NCBI GenBank assembly: GCA_045588735.1
Contig: JAZNET010000029.1
Coordinates: forward strand, 12,983 to 76,982
Length of the DNA stretch: 64,000 bases
Direction of reading: 5' to 3'
Origin: Acutalibacteraceae bacterium
Lineage (GTDB): Bacteria; Bacillota; Clostridia; Oscillospirales; Acutalibacteraceae
This document shows positions 9,068 to 17,662 of the stretch, one piece after another. Position 1 is the first letter of the stretch, and each line of letters opens with the position of its first letter. Position numbers and translations under genes: made by a program. The notes beneath the pieces were generated by a model. The model was not told the DNA's origin and did no database searches. It saw nothing but the letters and a program-made list of their open reading frames with translations.

Positions 9068-10375
9068 ATGAAATACGGCGGATTAAAGGAAAGTGAACTC
9101 TCTAAAAAAGAATTAGAGATGATTTTAAGCGAAACGGTTGCGGGTATTGCAATGGTTTGTCCTCACGAAGAGGGTGTTAAGCTTGAGTACACAAACGAGG
9201 GTTTTTTCAGTCTTTTTGGTTACACAAGAGATGAGTACGAGGAGCTTCCGTTGGAAACAAGACTCAACCTTTTCCATTACGATGATTTTATGAATATTCT
9301 TCATCGTGTTAACACAGCCTATAAGCCGGGTGAGGTGCAAAAATTTGAGTGCCGTTGCAACAAAAAAAACGGCGAGGTTACCTGGGCACTTTTCTCCGTA
9401 AGAAAGCCGCACGATGCAAAAGAAGGCGAGCAGCGCTTTATTTGTAATATTGTTGATATTACTGAGATGAAGCGCTTGCAGATGAGAATTCAGGAAGAAA
9501 AAGACAGATACGAGCTTATTGAAGAAATCTCAGACGATATTATTTTTAATTACGACGTTGCAACAGATGTGCTTGAGTGCTCGCCTAAAATTTTAAGAAC
9601 ACTCCGTACGGCAACAAGAGTTGAAGAGGCTATTGAGTACATTACCTACGGCAACGTTTTCGACCACAGAGATATTCCGCTTTTCATTGAAGCTGTAAGC
9701 AATGCGCTTTCAGGTAAAAGAATAAATATTTTTGATGCAAGAATTATAAATCAGCGTAACGATGTGGTATGGCACAGAATTAAGTTTGCAACTATTTTTG
9801 ACGCTGACGGAAACGCGGTAAGATTTATTGGTACTATTTCAGATATCGATAAGGAAAAGAAGGAAAAATCAAGACTTATTGCACAAGCTGAAACAGACCA
9901 GCTTACGGGCTTCCTTAACAAGGTTTCAACAGGTCTTAAAATAAACGAGCTTATTAAAGAATATCCGAATGAGCCGGGTACGATGTTCCTTATTGACGTT
10001 GATGACTTTAAGCATCTTAACGATACCTACGGCCACCACGAGGGCGACTTGTTCCTTCGTGAGTTTACAAGTAAATTAGCACTTTCATTCCGCTCTACAG
10101 ATATTTTAGGCAGAGTAGGCGGTGAGGAGTTTATTATATTTGTTAACGGCTTGGGTGACGTTAAAGAGCTTGTTGAGGAAAAAGCAAAGGAAATTGAAAA
10201 AATATGCCACAGCGTAATGCTTGATAAGGCGGCAGGTACGGTTATGTCTTGCTCAATCGGTGTTTCAATTTATCCTGAAACGGGTATGGATTATAACGAT
10301 TTGTTTGAAAAAGCAGACGAGGCAATGTACTACGTTAAAAAGCACGGTAAAAACGGCTACGCATTTTCAGAGTAA
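9068..10375 (+). CDS. PAS-domain diguanylate cyclase (GGEEF) with RxxD I-site
   Basis: Two PAS-like N-terminal regions, then DVDDFKHLNDTYGHHEGD...RSTDILGRVGGEEFIIF. The ATG at 9068 follows AAAGGTGGG; the ORF-track GTG at 9056 has no SD. Confidence 0.85.
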   Translation: MKYGGLKESELSKKELEMILSETVAGIAMVCPHEEGVKLEYTNEGFFSLFGYTRDEYEELPLETRLNLFHYDDFMNILHRVNTAYKPGEVQKFECRCNKKNGEVTWALFSVRKPHDAKEGEQRFICNIVDITEMKRLQMRIQEEKDRYELIEEISDDIIFNYDVATDVLECSPKILRTLRTATRVEEAIEYITYGNVFDHRDIPLFIEAVSNALSGKRINIFDARIINQRNDVVWHRIKFATIFDADGNAVRFIGTISDIDKEKKEKSRLIAQAETDQLTGFLNKVSTGLKINELIKEYPNEPGTMFLIDVDDFKHLNDTYGHHEGDLFLREFTSKLALSFRSTDILGRVGGEEFIIFVNGLGDVKELVEEKAKEIEKICHSVMLDKAAGTVMSCSIGVSIYPETGMDYNDLFEKADEAMYYVKKHGKNGYAFSE

Positions 10376-10391
10376 TTTATTTTGTACTTAA

Positions 10392-10425
10392 AAATTCCAC
10401 TTCTCGTTTTCGGGAAGTGGAATTT
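10392..10425 (+). terminator. hairpin terminator candidate
   Basis: AAATTCCACTTCTCG/CGGGAAGTGGAATTT stem with one G-T pair and loop TTTT. The T tail is weak. Confidence 0.5.
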
Positions 10426-10442
10426 AGAATTGAGAGATTTAT

Positions 10443-11753
10443 ATGTCGCAGATAATTGAGTATATAAAAAATAAAAAAGTTCTTATTCTCGGCTTTGGCA
10501 GAGAAGGTATTTCCACCTATAATTATATAAGAAAGCATTTACCGGAAAAGAAAATCGCAATAGCAGATAAGAATTTTTTAAAGCTTGAGGATAGTAACGC
10601 GGATTTAATTTGCGGTGACAGCTACCTTTCCTGCTTAGGTGATTTTGACATTGTTTTCAAAAGTCCGGGTATTGCTTTTTTAGATGACGTTAAATATCCG
10701 GCTTCAACAGAAATCACCTGTCAGACGGATATGTTTCTGCGTTTTGCAAAGCCTGTGGTTGTCGGTATTACAGGCTCAAAGGGTAAAACTACCACCTCAA
10801 CGCTTATTTACGAAATGCTTAAAGCAGGTGGGAAAAATACCTGCCTTATAGGTAACATAGGCGTGCCCGTATTTGAAAAGGCAGATGAGGGTGAGGATTT
10901 GATTGCCGTTATAGAAATGTCCTCGCATCAGCTTGAGTTTACAACGGCTTCACCCGAGGTTGCAGTGCTTGTTAATATTTATGAGGAACACCTTGACCAT
11001 TACAAAACAGGCTTTGACGGTTATGCAAACGCCAAGCTTAACATAACAAGATACCAGACGAAAGAGAATTACCTTGTTTACAATGACGAGCAGGACGTAG
11101 GTCACGGTCTTGATATTGAAAAAAGCATAAACGGTACACCTTTGAAGGTGGGATTTTCTAAGGCTGAAAAGGACGAATTTGTTAACGAGCTGTGGCAGAG
11201 CACCGAGCACCTTAAGGGCGAGCATAACAGACAGGATATTGCTTATGCCGTTACCGTTGCAAGAATTTTCGGCGTTGACGACGACTCTGTAAGAAAAGCT
11301 ATTAAAGGCTTTGGCGGCATTGAGCACAGAATGGAGTTTGTAGGTAAATTCAAGGGTGCAGCGTTTTACAACGATAGCATTGCCACAATTCCTACAGCGG
11401 TCATTGGTGCGATTAAAGCACTTAAAAACGTGCAGACCTTAATATTCGGTGGTCTTGACAGAGGTATTGATTACAACGCATTTATTGACGTTTTGGCAAA
11501 AGGCGAAATAGAGAATTTAATAGGGCTTCCGGAAACCGGTCACGATATATTGGATGAGGTGAGGCTCAAAAATTCCTCTGTGAATACAGTTTATGCAGAG
11601 GATATGGAGGATGCGGTTATAAACGCCTTCAAATATACTAAGGATAATGGTGTTTGTCTGTTTTCTCCTGCTGCAGCAAGCTACAATTATTATAAAAATT
11701 TTGAAGAAAAGGGTAGACACTTTAAGGAATTAGTAGTAAAATATGGTCAATGA
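10443..11753 (+). CDS. murD: UDP-N-acetylmuramoyl-L-alanine--D-glutamate ligase
   Basis: 436 aa with a Rossmann N-terminus (VLILGFGREG), the Mur ligase P-loop GITGSKGKTTT, and a length and block order typical of MurD. Confidence 0.85.
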   Translation: MSQIIEYIKNKKVLILGFGREGISTYNYIRKHLPEKKIAIADKNFLKLEDSNADLICGDSYLSCLGDFDIVFKSPGIAFLDDVKYPASTEITCQTDMFLRFAKPVVVGITGSKGKTTTSTLIYEMLKAGGKNTCLIGNIGVPVFEKADEGEDLIAVIEMSSHQLEFTTASPEVAVLVNIYEEHLDHYKTGFDGYANAKLNITRYQTKENYLVYNDEQDVGHGLDIEKSINGTPLKVGFSKAEKDEFVNELWQSTEHLKGEHNRQDIAYAVTVARIFGVDDDSVRKAIKGFGGIEHRMEFVGKFKGAAFYNDSIATIPTAVIGAIKALKNVQTLIFGGLDRGIDYNAFIDVLAKGEIENLIGLPETGHDILDEVRLKNSSVNTVYAEDMEDAVINAFKYTKDNGVCLFSPAAASYNYYKNFEEKGRHFKELVVKYGQ

Positions 11754-11784
11754 AGTGTTAAAATTTAAGTTTTAGGAGAAGGTT

Positions 11785-13005
11785 ATGAAAAAGCTTATTT
11801 CTGTTTTACTTGTTATTTCAATGTTGCTCTCATTTTCAGTAACAGCTTTTGCTGCTGAAGCAGAGGGTAACGTGCTCAGATTCAGAAAAGACGGTACTTT
11901 TAAAATCCTTGTGCTTGCAGACGTGCAGGATGAATATCCGTTACAGGAGGATATGATTGCATTCATTAACGAATCACTTGACTATGCAAAGCCGGACTTA
12001 GTTGTTTTCTGCGGTGACAATATTGTAAGCGAAGACGTTCGCGGCTACGAGCAAATGTTATTCCCTCTTGTAGAGCGCGGTGTTCCGTTTACCTTTGTAT
12101 TTGGTAACCATGACGTTGAAAGAGAGAATTTTACAGCGGAGCAGCAATTGGCGGAGTACCAAAAATACCCCGGCTGCTTAGCGTATGATGCAGACCCGGC
12201 TCTTCATGGCTGTGCAAACCACAACCTTTTGATTTACTCAAGCACGGGTAACGATATTGCATTCAACCTTTGGATGCTTGATTCGGGTACTTCTCTCCAT
12301 GCAGATAATGGTGAGTGGCTCGGTTACGACTGGGTGAGAGCAGACCAAATTGAATGGTACAACAAAACCCGTGATGAAATTACTGCTGCTAATGGCGGCG
12401 AGCTTGTTTATTCAATTGTTTTCCAGCACATTATTCCAAAGGAAGCGGTTGAGGTTCTCTTCTACGAGACAGATACGTCTTTAGGTGAACTTACCTATAA
12501 CTTTAACGACGGCGGAATTTATTCCTTCGTTCCTAAAATCGAAAAATTTGACGGCTACATATTTGAAAAGAGCTGCTGTGGTAACGGCTCTGACGGTCAG
12601 TGGGATGCAATGCTTGCAGGCGGCGACGTGCTTGCAGTTGTTGTAGGTCACGACCACGTTAACAGCTTCGTTGCAGATATTAACGGCATTGACCTTGTTC
12701 AGACACCGGGTGCAACGTACCACTCATACTATAACAATATGCTTCAGGGTGCAAGAATTATTGAGCTTGATGAGGGTGACCTTGACAGCTACCATACTTA
12801 CGAGTTAACCTCAAGCTTCCTTGCAACACAAGGCGGCTCAACAATTTCTGACGGTGGCACAAGAACAGATTTCAGCTATACCATGTCAAAGCTTTTACTT
12901 CCTGTTTTTGATATGTTTATGGATTTCTTAAGAGACATATTTAAGAATTTTTCAAGTAGTTTTGAAGGTACGGTACCACCGGAGGTAACTGAGCCGGTAG
13001 GTTAA
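11785..13005 (+). CDS. secreted calcineurin-like metallophosphoesterase
   Basis: Signal peptide (MKKLISVLLVISMLLSFSVTAFA) plus metallophosphoesterase blocks GDNI, GNHD and GHDH. An AGGAGA SD lies upstream. Confidence 0.75.
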   Translation: MKKLISVLLVISMLLSFSVTAFAAEAEGNVLRFRKDGTFKILVLADVQDEYPLQEDMIAFINESLDYAKPDLVVFCGDNIVSEDVRGYEQMLFPLVERGVPFTFVFGNHDVERENFTAEQQLAEYQKYPGCLAYDADPALHGCANHNLLIYSSTGNDIAFNLWMLDSGTSLHADNGEWLGYDWVRADQIEWYNKTRDEITAANGGELVYSIVFQHIIPKEAVEVLFYETDTSLGELTYNFNDGGIYSFVPKIEKFDGYIFEKSCCGNGSDGQWDAMLAGGDVLAVVVGHDHVNSFVADINGIDLVQTPGATYHSYYNNMLQGARIIELDEGDLDSYHTYELTSSFLATQGGSTISDGGTRTDFSYTMSKLLLPVFDMFMDFLRDIFKNFSSSFEGTVPPEVTEPVG

Positions 13006-13054
13006 AAAAATAATGGGTTCTTACAGGTGTATGTCCTGTAAGAACCCTTTTTTT
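13004..13054. terminator. bidirectional terminator between convergent genes
   Basis: Perfect 13-bp stem GGGTTCTTACAGG/CCTGTAAGAACCC flanked by A7 and T7 runs. Confidence 0.85.
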
Positions 13055-13059
13055 GTAGC

Positions 13060-15171
13060 TTAATCTTCCATTAAAAATGCAACCTGCTTATAAACAGGAC
13101 TCTGCTTTATTGCTAAAAGCTCAGGAGAATCAGCAGGGAATGCTGCGAGCATTACTTTTAATTGCTCTGCCATTTGGAGAAGCTCGGGAGCCGCATTTTT
13201 TATTTGCTCCTGCTTTTTTTGCTCCTCCTGCCTTTGAAGGTCTGCAATAAGAAATTCTATTATTTCCTTTGCTTGCGGTATCTTGCTAAGAGCAACTCTT
13301 AAGGTTTTTACATATTCTAACGGGTTTTCTTCTTTTTCTTTTTCTGCTTTTACCAAATACCACGCAAGGGCGTGTGCTTCTGTAAGACAGGTTATGTAGC
13401 TTTCCTCATTTAATAATTCAGGGTTGTACTGATAAGCTAAATAGTCTTCTGCAATATTTATAAAAGTATCTAACAGCTTGCTTTTTGCAGGTTCACTTAA
13501 TTCAACGTTGTTGTTGAATAGCATAGCGGTGAGTAAATTGAAGATAAATGATGTACGGGGGTAACTGTTGCAAAAAGCCTTTGTACAGTATTTTTCGAGC
13601 AATACTTCGTAAAGCTCTTCTGCACGTAAGCTGATATTATTTATAAGTCTTAAAAGAGCGGAGTGCTGCATAATTAAAAGCTCTGTAGGTAAATCAGATT
13701 TTAACAAAAGTGATTGCTTTAATGCAATGGGCATAAACTCTTCCCAGTTTTCAATTTTTTTAAGCAGTTTTTCTGCGTTGTTTTTTTCTTTTTCATCAGC
13801 AATAATTGCAGATGCGCCAATTGAACCGGGGATTTCTGCAAATAATAAATAAGTATCCGACTCGGTTGAGACAGAGAAACAAGCGAAAAGTTTGTTAATT
13901 AACATGTTGTACGTGTCAGCGGCAGTTTCTTTGGATTTAGTTAAAATTTCCGAAAGATACTTGCTTATTTTAGTGGCGTTTTTACTGCTTTTGCTAAGGT
14001 GTGCAATTACAACAAACCAATCGGAAATTATTTTTTCTTCTTGTTTATAAAGGTTGACCTCGGTAAGCATTTTAACAGCCTCGTCTTCACGGTCTGATTT
14101 TATCATAGCTTCGGCTATAATAATTTTAATTTCATTTTTGTGGTATTCATGGGCGTGAAGGAGTGTTGCGGAAATTTTTTCTAAGGTTGCAACGTTGTCC
14201 TGCTTTTTTCTTTCAGATAAAGCCTTTAAGTATTCTTTTCCGACCTTTATGCACTCAACGTATTTTTCCTTAGAGAAAAGATGCTTTGCCTGAACATATC
14301 TTGCATCAATTGTAATATGCTCGGATTTAGGGAATTTTTTGAAGGACCACTCAAGCCACTCTTCAATAAACGGGTCGTTGTCGTGATTCAAATACAAAGC
14401 TATTTGCTTTGCGCAGTTTGCAGCAGCGGAATCCCAATGCTTGTCTGTAGAGGAAGCGTTTTGTAATTTTTCGATAGCATATTTTGTGTAGTAACGACGG
14501 TTAGCGTCATTGTGCGCAGAGGATTCAAGGCACTGGAGAATAACGCGGAGGTTGTTAGGATCTTTGTCGAGCTTTTCCTTTAACAACTCTAAGTTTCGTG
14601 CCTCTTTTTTTGCTTTGTGCTCGGGCGAAATATGAGCATATCCGTCGTGGTCGAAAATAGTATTATTTAATATGTATATTTCATCGTAAGTTACGGGTTT
14701 GTCAAAATATTCGTGTATTGTGCTTGTGTAGCGTGCACCCGTATTCATTCTGCACATTCTTTTTGCATTGAAATCGGAGTACTTACCATTCATATTTTTT
14801 GAAAAATGGTTGCGTTGTATTATGGTAGCCTCCTTCATTTTGTCGGCAGCCTTGCTTGTAAGAAAGCCTACAAGCTCATCAACGCTTGAAGCAAGGTATT
14901 CATCAGCATCAAGTGTAAGGTACCATTTACCCGTGCATCTGTCCATTACGGCGTTTCTTGCAGCAGAAAAGTCGTTTACCCATTCAAAGTCGAAAAGAAT
15001 ATTTGCATATTTTGCAGCAATTTCCTTTGTTTTGTCAGAGGAGCCTGTATCTGCAATAACAAGCTCGCAGGGAATAGCCTCCCTTAACGGTGTAAGTGCG
15101 CTAAGGCATTTTTCTAAACAACGTTCCTCATTTTTTACAATCATACCGATTGAAAGTAAGGGTCCTGCCAT
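13060..15171 (-). CDS. family-2 glycosyltransferase with long helical-repeat (TPR-like) C-terminal domain; candidate flagellin glycosyltransferase
   Basis: The N-terminus carries GT2 motifs: LSIGMIVKNEE...ADTGSSDKT...DADE. About 480 aa of helical, repeat-like sequence follow. The gene is divergently adjacent to a flagellin gene. Confidence 0.7.
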   Translation of the reverse strand: MAGPLLSIGMIVKNEERCLEKCLSALTPLREAIPCELVIADTGSSDKTKEIAAKYANILFDFEWVNDFSAARNAVMDRCTGKWYLTLDADEYLASSVDELVGFLTSKAADKMKEATIIQRNHFSKNMNGKYSDFNAKRMCRMNTGARYTSTIHEYFDKPVTYDEIYILNNTIFDHDGYAHISPEHKAKKEARNLELLKEKLDKDPNNLRVILQCLESSAHNDANRRYYTKYAIEKLQNASSTDKHWDSAAANCAKQIALYLNHDNDPFIEEWLEWSFKKFPKSEHITIDARYVQAKHLFSKEKYVECIKVGKEYLKALSERKKQDNVATLEKISATLLHAHEYHKNEIKIIIAEAMIKSDREDEAVKMLTEVNLYKQEEKIISDWFVVIAHLSKSSKNATKISKYLSEILTKSKETAADTYNMLINKLFACFSVSTESDTYLLFAEIPGSIGASAIIADEKEKNNAEKLLKKIENWEEFMPIALKQSLLLKSDLPTELLIMQHSALLRLINNISLRAEELYEVLLEKYCTKAFCNSYPRTSFIFNLLTAMLFNNNVELSEPAKSKLLDTFINIAEDYLAYQYNPELLNEESYITCLTEAHALAWYLVKAEKEKEENPLEYVKTLRVALSKIPQAKEIIEFLIADLQRQEEQKKQEQIKNAAPELLQMAEQLKVMLAAFPADSPELLAIKQSPVYKQVAFLMED

Positions 15172-15236
15172 AAAAATTCACCTCGTTTATATACTATTAT
15201 ATATAATAGCAAAAAAAAACGGAAGTTTCAAGATAA

Positions 15237-15265
15237 TTGACAACATAATATTCGTATGATATTAT
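15237..15265 (+). promoter_or_regulatory. sigma-A-like promoter upstream of the divergent flagellin
   Basis: TTGACA, 17 nt spacer, TATTAT. The same hexamers and spacing recur at the fliE operon promoter (18953-18981). Confidence 0.5.
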
Positions 15266-15313
15266 ACTATTATAATGTATGGTGTATGAAGCTTGTTAAA
15301 AGGAGGTAGCATT

Positions 15314-16135
15314 ATGAGCAATTCAATTCAGACGGATGTTTCTGCAATGAATGCAGCGCGAAACGTTAAAATTCATCAGAAGAATGTACAGAGCAATATG
15401 GAAAAGCTCTCAAGCGGCTATAAAATAAATTCAGCGGCAGATGATGCAGCAGGCCTTGCAATAAGCGAAAAGCTTAAAGGTCAGCTTACAGGTCTTGAGC
15501 AGGCAGAGTTAAACGTGCAGGATGCGGTTTCTCTTCTTCAAACGGCAGAGGGCGGTATGAGTACTGTTCACAATATGCTTAACAGAATGGTTGAGCTTAC
15601 CACAAAGGCCGCAAACGGTGTTTACGACACAAGCGTAGATAGAGCTGCAATAAAATCTGAAATTGACGCCCTTAAGGATGAGATTAACAGAATAAGCAAG
15701 TCTATTAACTTTAATAATAAAACGTTATTGGACGGTAGCTTTAATAATATTCAATTCCAAATCGGCTCCGAGGAATCAGATGCAATGGTTGTTACTATTG
15801 CTGCCTTAGATGCTTCTGCTTTAGGCCTGGATGCTATAGACGTTTCCTCACCGGAAAAGGCAACCGAGGCTTTGAAGGTAGTAAAGGATGCAATCAACAA
15901 GGTTTCAACCGAGCGTGCTAACGTGGGTGTTACTCAAAACAGACTTGAATATACCTTGGCTAATATAACGGAAACTTATTCAAACCTTGCTGAGGCAAAT
16001 TCGAGAATACGTGACGTCGATTATGCAAAGATGATGATGGAGTATACAAAAAATCAGCTTTTAGAGCAAGTGGCAGTTACGGTGCTTACACATAAAATGA
16101 GCAATGCGCAGAATATACTCCAGCTTTTCAATTGA
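15314..16135 (+). CDS. flagellin, divergent paralog (273 aa)
   Basis: Flagellin N-domain (LSSGYKINSAADDAAGLAISEKL, LLQTAEGG) and C-domain (GVTQNRLEYT...NSRIRDVDYAKMMMEY). The ATG at 15314 follows AAGGAGG. It is much less similar to the other two flagellins than they are to each other. Confidence 0.9.
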   Translation: MSNSIQTDVSAMNAARNVKIHQKNVQSNMEKLSSGYKINSAADDAAGLAISEKLKGQLTGLEQAELNVQDAVSLLQTAEGGMSTVHNMLNRMVELTTKAANGVYDTSVDRAAIKSEIDALKDEINRISKSINFNNKTLLDGSFNNIQFQIGSEESDAMVVTIAALDASALGLDAIDVSSPEKATEALKVVKDAINKVSTERANVGVTQNRLEYTLANITETYSNLAEANSRIRDVDYAKMMMEYTKNQLLEQVAVTVLTHKMSNAQNILQLFN

Positions 16136-16150
16136 ATTAAAGTAAAATGA

Positions 16151-16197
16151 CTCTGTTATTTAAGGTTTTATAAACCAAAGAATAGCAGAGTTTTTTA
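16151..16197 (+). terminator. rho-independent terminator after the divergent flagellin
   Basis: CTCTGTTATT...AATAGCAGAG stem (one G-T pair) with an inner GGTTT/AAACC stem, followed by T6. Confidence 0.7.
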
Positions 16198-16473
16198 TTT
16201 GTATAGATAAAAAGCTGAATAAGTAAAAATAGATTTTTACGCTTAAAACCCGGTATTAGTATGGAAAACAGGCATTTTATTGGTATAAATAGCTAATCTG
16301 CAACCTACTCAACTGTGCAAAAGGCACAAATAAATAAAAAAATTAAAAAAATTTGAAAAAAAGACTTTAGAAACTTTAAAAGCGAGGAATAACTATAAGT
16401 GTAAGGACAACACAGTCACCCGCTGAGTTGAACACCTACAAAAAATAAATTTAAAATAGCGTTGCCAAAAAAG

Positions 16474-16515
16474 CCAGACAAGGACGTCAGGTAGGCGATG
16501 CAGATTTCAAGGAGG
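16474..16515 (+). promoter_or_regulatory. flagellin mRNA leader with two CsrA-type GGA sites (hairpin-loop site plus SD site)
   Basis: GACAAGGACGTC places AAGGA in a hairpin loop (CCAGAC/GTCAGG stem). A second AAGGAGG forms the SD about 29 nt downstream. This mirrors the two-site layout of the B. subtilis hag leader. Confidence 0.55.
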
Positions 16516-16523
16516 AAATTATT

Positions 16524-17342
16524 ATGGGTATGGTAGTTAGAACAAACATTATGGGTATCAATGCTAACAGACAGTTAGGCATGAACAACAGTCAGGTTTC
16601 AAAGAGCCTCGAAAAACTTTCATCAGGTTACAGAATTAACCGCGCTGGTGACGACGCTTCCGGTCTTGCAATCAGTGAAAAAATGAAAGCTCAGATTAAA
16701 GGTCTTGAGCAGGCTTCTTCAAACGCACAGGACGCTATCTCTCTTGTACAGACAGCTGAAGGTGCTACAACAGAAATCCACAACATGCTTAATCGTATGA
16801 CAGAGCTTTGCACAAAGGCTGCTAACGGTATCTACGATACAGGCGTTGACCGTCCGGCTATCAAAGCTGAACTTGATGCACTTGCTACTGAGATTTCTCG
16901 TATCACTACATCAACAAAGTTCAACAGCACAGTATTACTTGATGGTAACCTTGATACTCAACTTCAGATTGGTACAGAAGGTACAGATATTCTTACAGTA
17001 TCTGTTGCAGCTCTCGACGCTGGTTCTCTCAGCGTAGCTGACCTCGACGTTACTTCAGCATCTGCTGCAAACGCTGCATTAGCAACAGTTAAGACTGCTA
17101 TCAATACAGTTTCTACTGAAAGAGCTAACCTCGGTGCTATCCAGAACCGTCTTGAGTACACAATCAACAACCTCGATACAACAGCAGAAAACATGTCAGC
17201 TGCTAACTCACGTATTCGTGATACTGATATGGCTAAAGAGATGATGAACTACACAAAGATGAACGTTCTCACTCAAGCTGCTCAGGCAATGCTTGCACAA
17301 GCAAACCAACAGCCACAAGCTGTTCTTCAGTTACTTCAATAA
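16524..17342 (+). CDS. fliC: flagellin (272 aa)
   Basis: MGMVVRTNIMGINANRQL...LSSGYRINRAGDDASGLAISEKM...LGAIQNRLEYT...NSRIRDTDMAKEMMNYT. It is a short flagellin with almost no variable domain. Confidence 0.95.
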   Translation: MGMVVRTNIMGINANRQLGMNNSQVSKSLEKLSSGYRINRAGDDASGLAISEKMKAQIKGLEQASSNAQDAISLVQTAEGATTEIHNMLNRMTELCTKAANGIYDTGVDRPAIKAELDALATEISRITTSTKFNSTVLLDGNLDTQLQIGTEGTDILTVSVAALDAGSLSVADLDVTSASAANAALATVKTAINTVSTERANLGAIQNRLEYTINNLDTTAENMSAANSRIRDTDMAKEMMNYTKMNVLTQAAQAMLAQANQQPQAVLQLLQ

Positions 17343-17357
17343 TTTACTCCGTAATAT

Positions 17358-17385
17358 CCTGCGGGTTGTACCCACAGCCCGCAGG
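17358..17385 (+). other. GC-rich stem-loop just after flagellin stop (no U-tract)
   Basis: CCTGCGGG/CCCGCAGG 8-bp stem with an 12-nt loop. It is flanked by TACTC...GAGTA, which could extend the stem. No T-run follows. Confidence 0.5.
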
Positions 17386-17465
17386 GGCAGAGTAAAAGCC
17401 TATTGCAAGAAACGCAAATTACTTAGTTAATAACTCTTTCCGAATTGACTTACGTTGGTTAATCC

Positions 17466-17509
17466 GGTAATGTTACAAACTGAAGTTGTGAATAGTTTGT
17501 AGCATTACC
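17466..17509 (+). other. long 16-bp hairpin in the flagellin-flagellin spacer
   Basis: GGTAATGTTACAAACT / AGTTTGTAGCATTACC (one G-T pair) with loop GAAGTTGTGAAT. No T-run follows. Confidence 0.55.
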
Positions 17510-17613
17510 CCAAGGTAAGCTGCATGAATTAGGTTTTTAATGCCATATGGGCTGTTTTTGGGTAGCAGCCCGGCATTGGAAATAAATAATTTTAAAATGT
17601 GTTACTTAAATGA

Positions 17614-17653
17614 GTAAGCAAGGAGCTTACCGGTGACACAATTTTCAAGGAGG
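17614..17653 (+). promoter_or_regulatory. flagellin mRNA leader with two CsrA-type GGA sites
   Basis: Perfect hairpin GTAAGC-AAGGA-GCTTAC presents AAGGA in the loop. The AAGGAGG SD lies about 27 nt downstream. Confidence 0.6.
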
Positions 17654-17662
17654 AAAAGATTT

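Noticed and set aside
14768-15259. 163-aa plus-strand ORF overlapping the 5' part of the GT2 gene.
   Set aside because: It is antisense to clear GT2 motifs, has no SD, and would run through the divergent promoter region.
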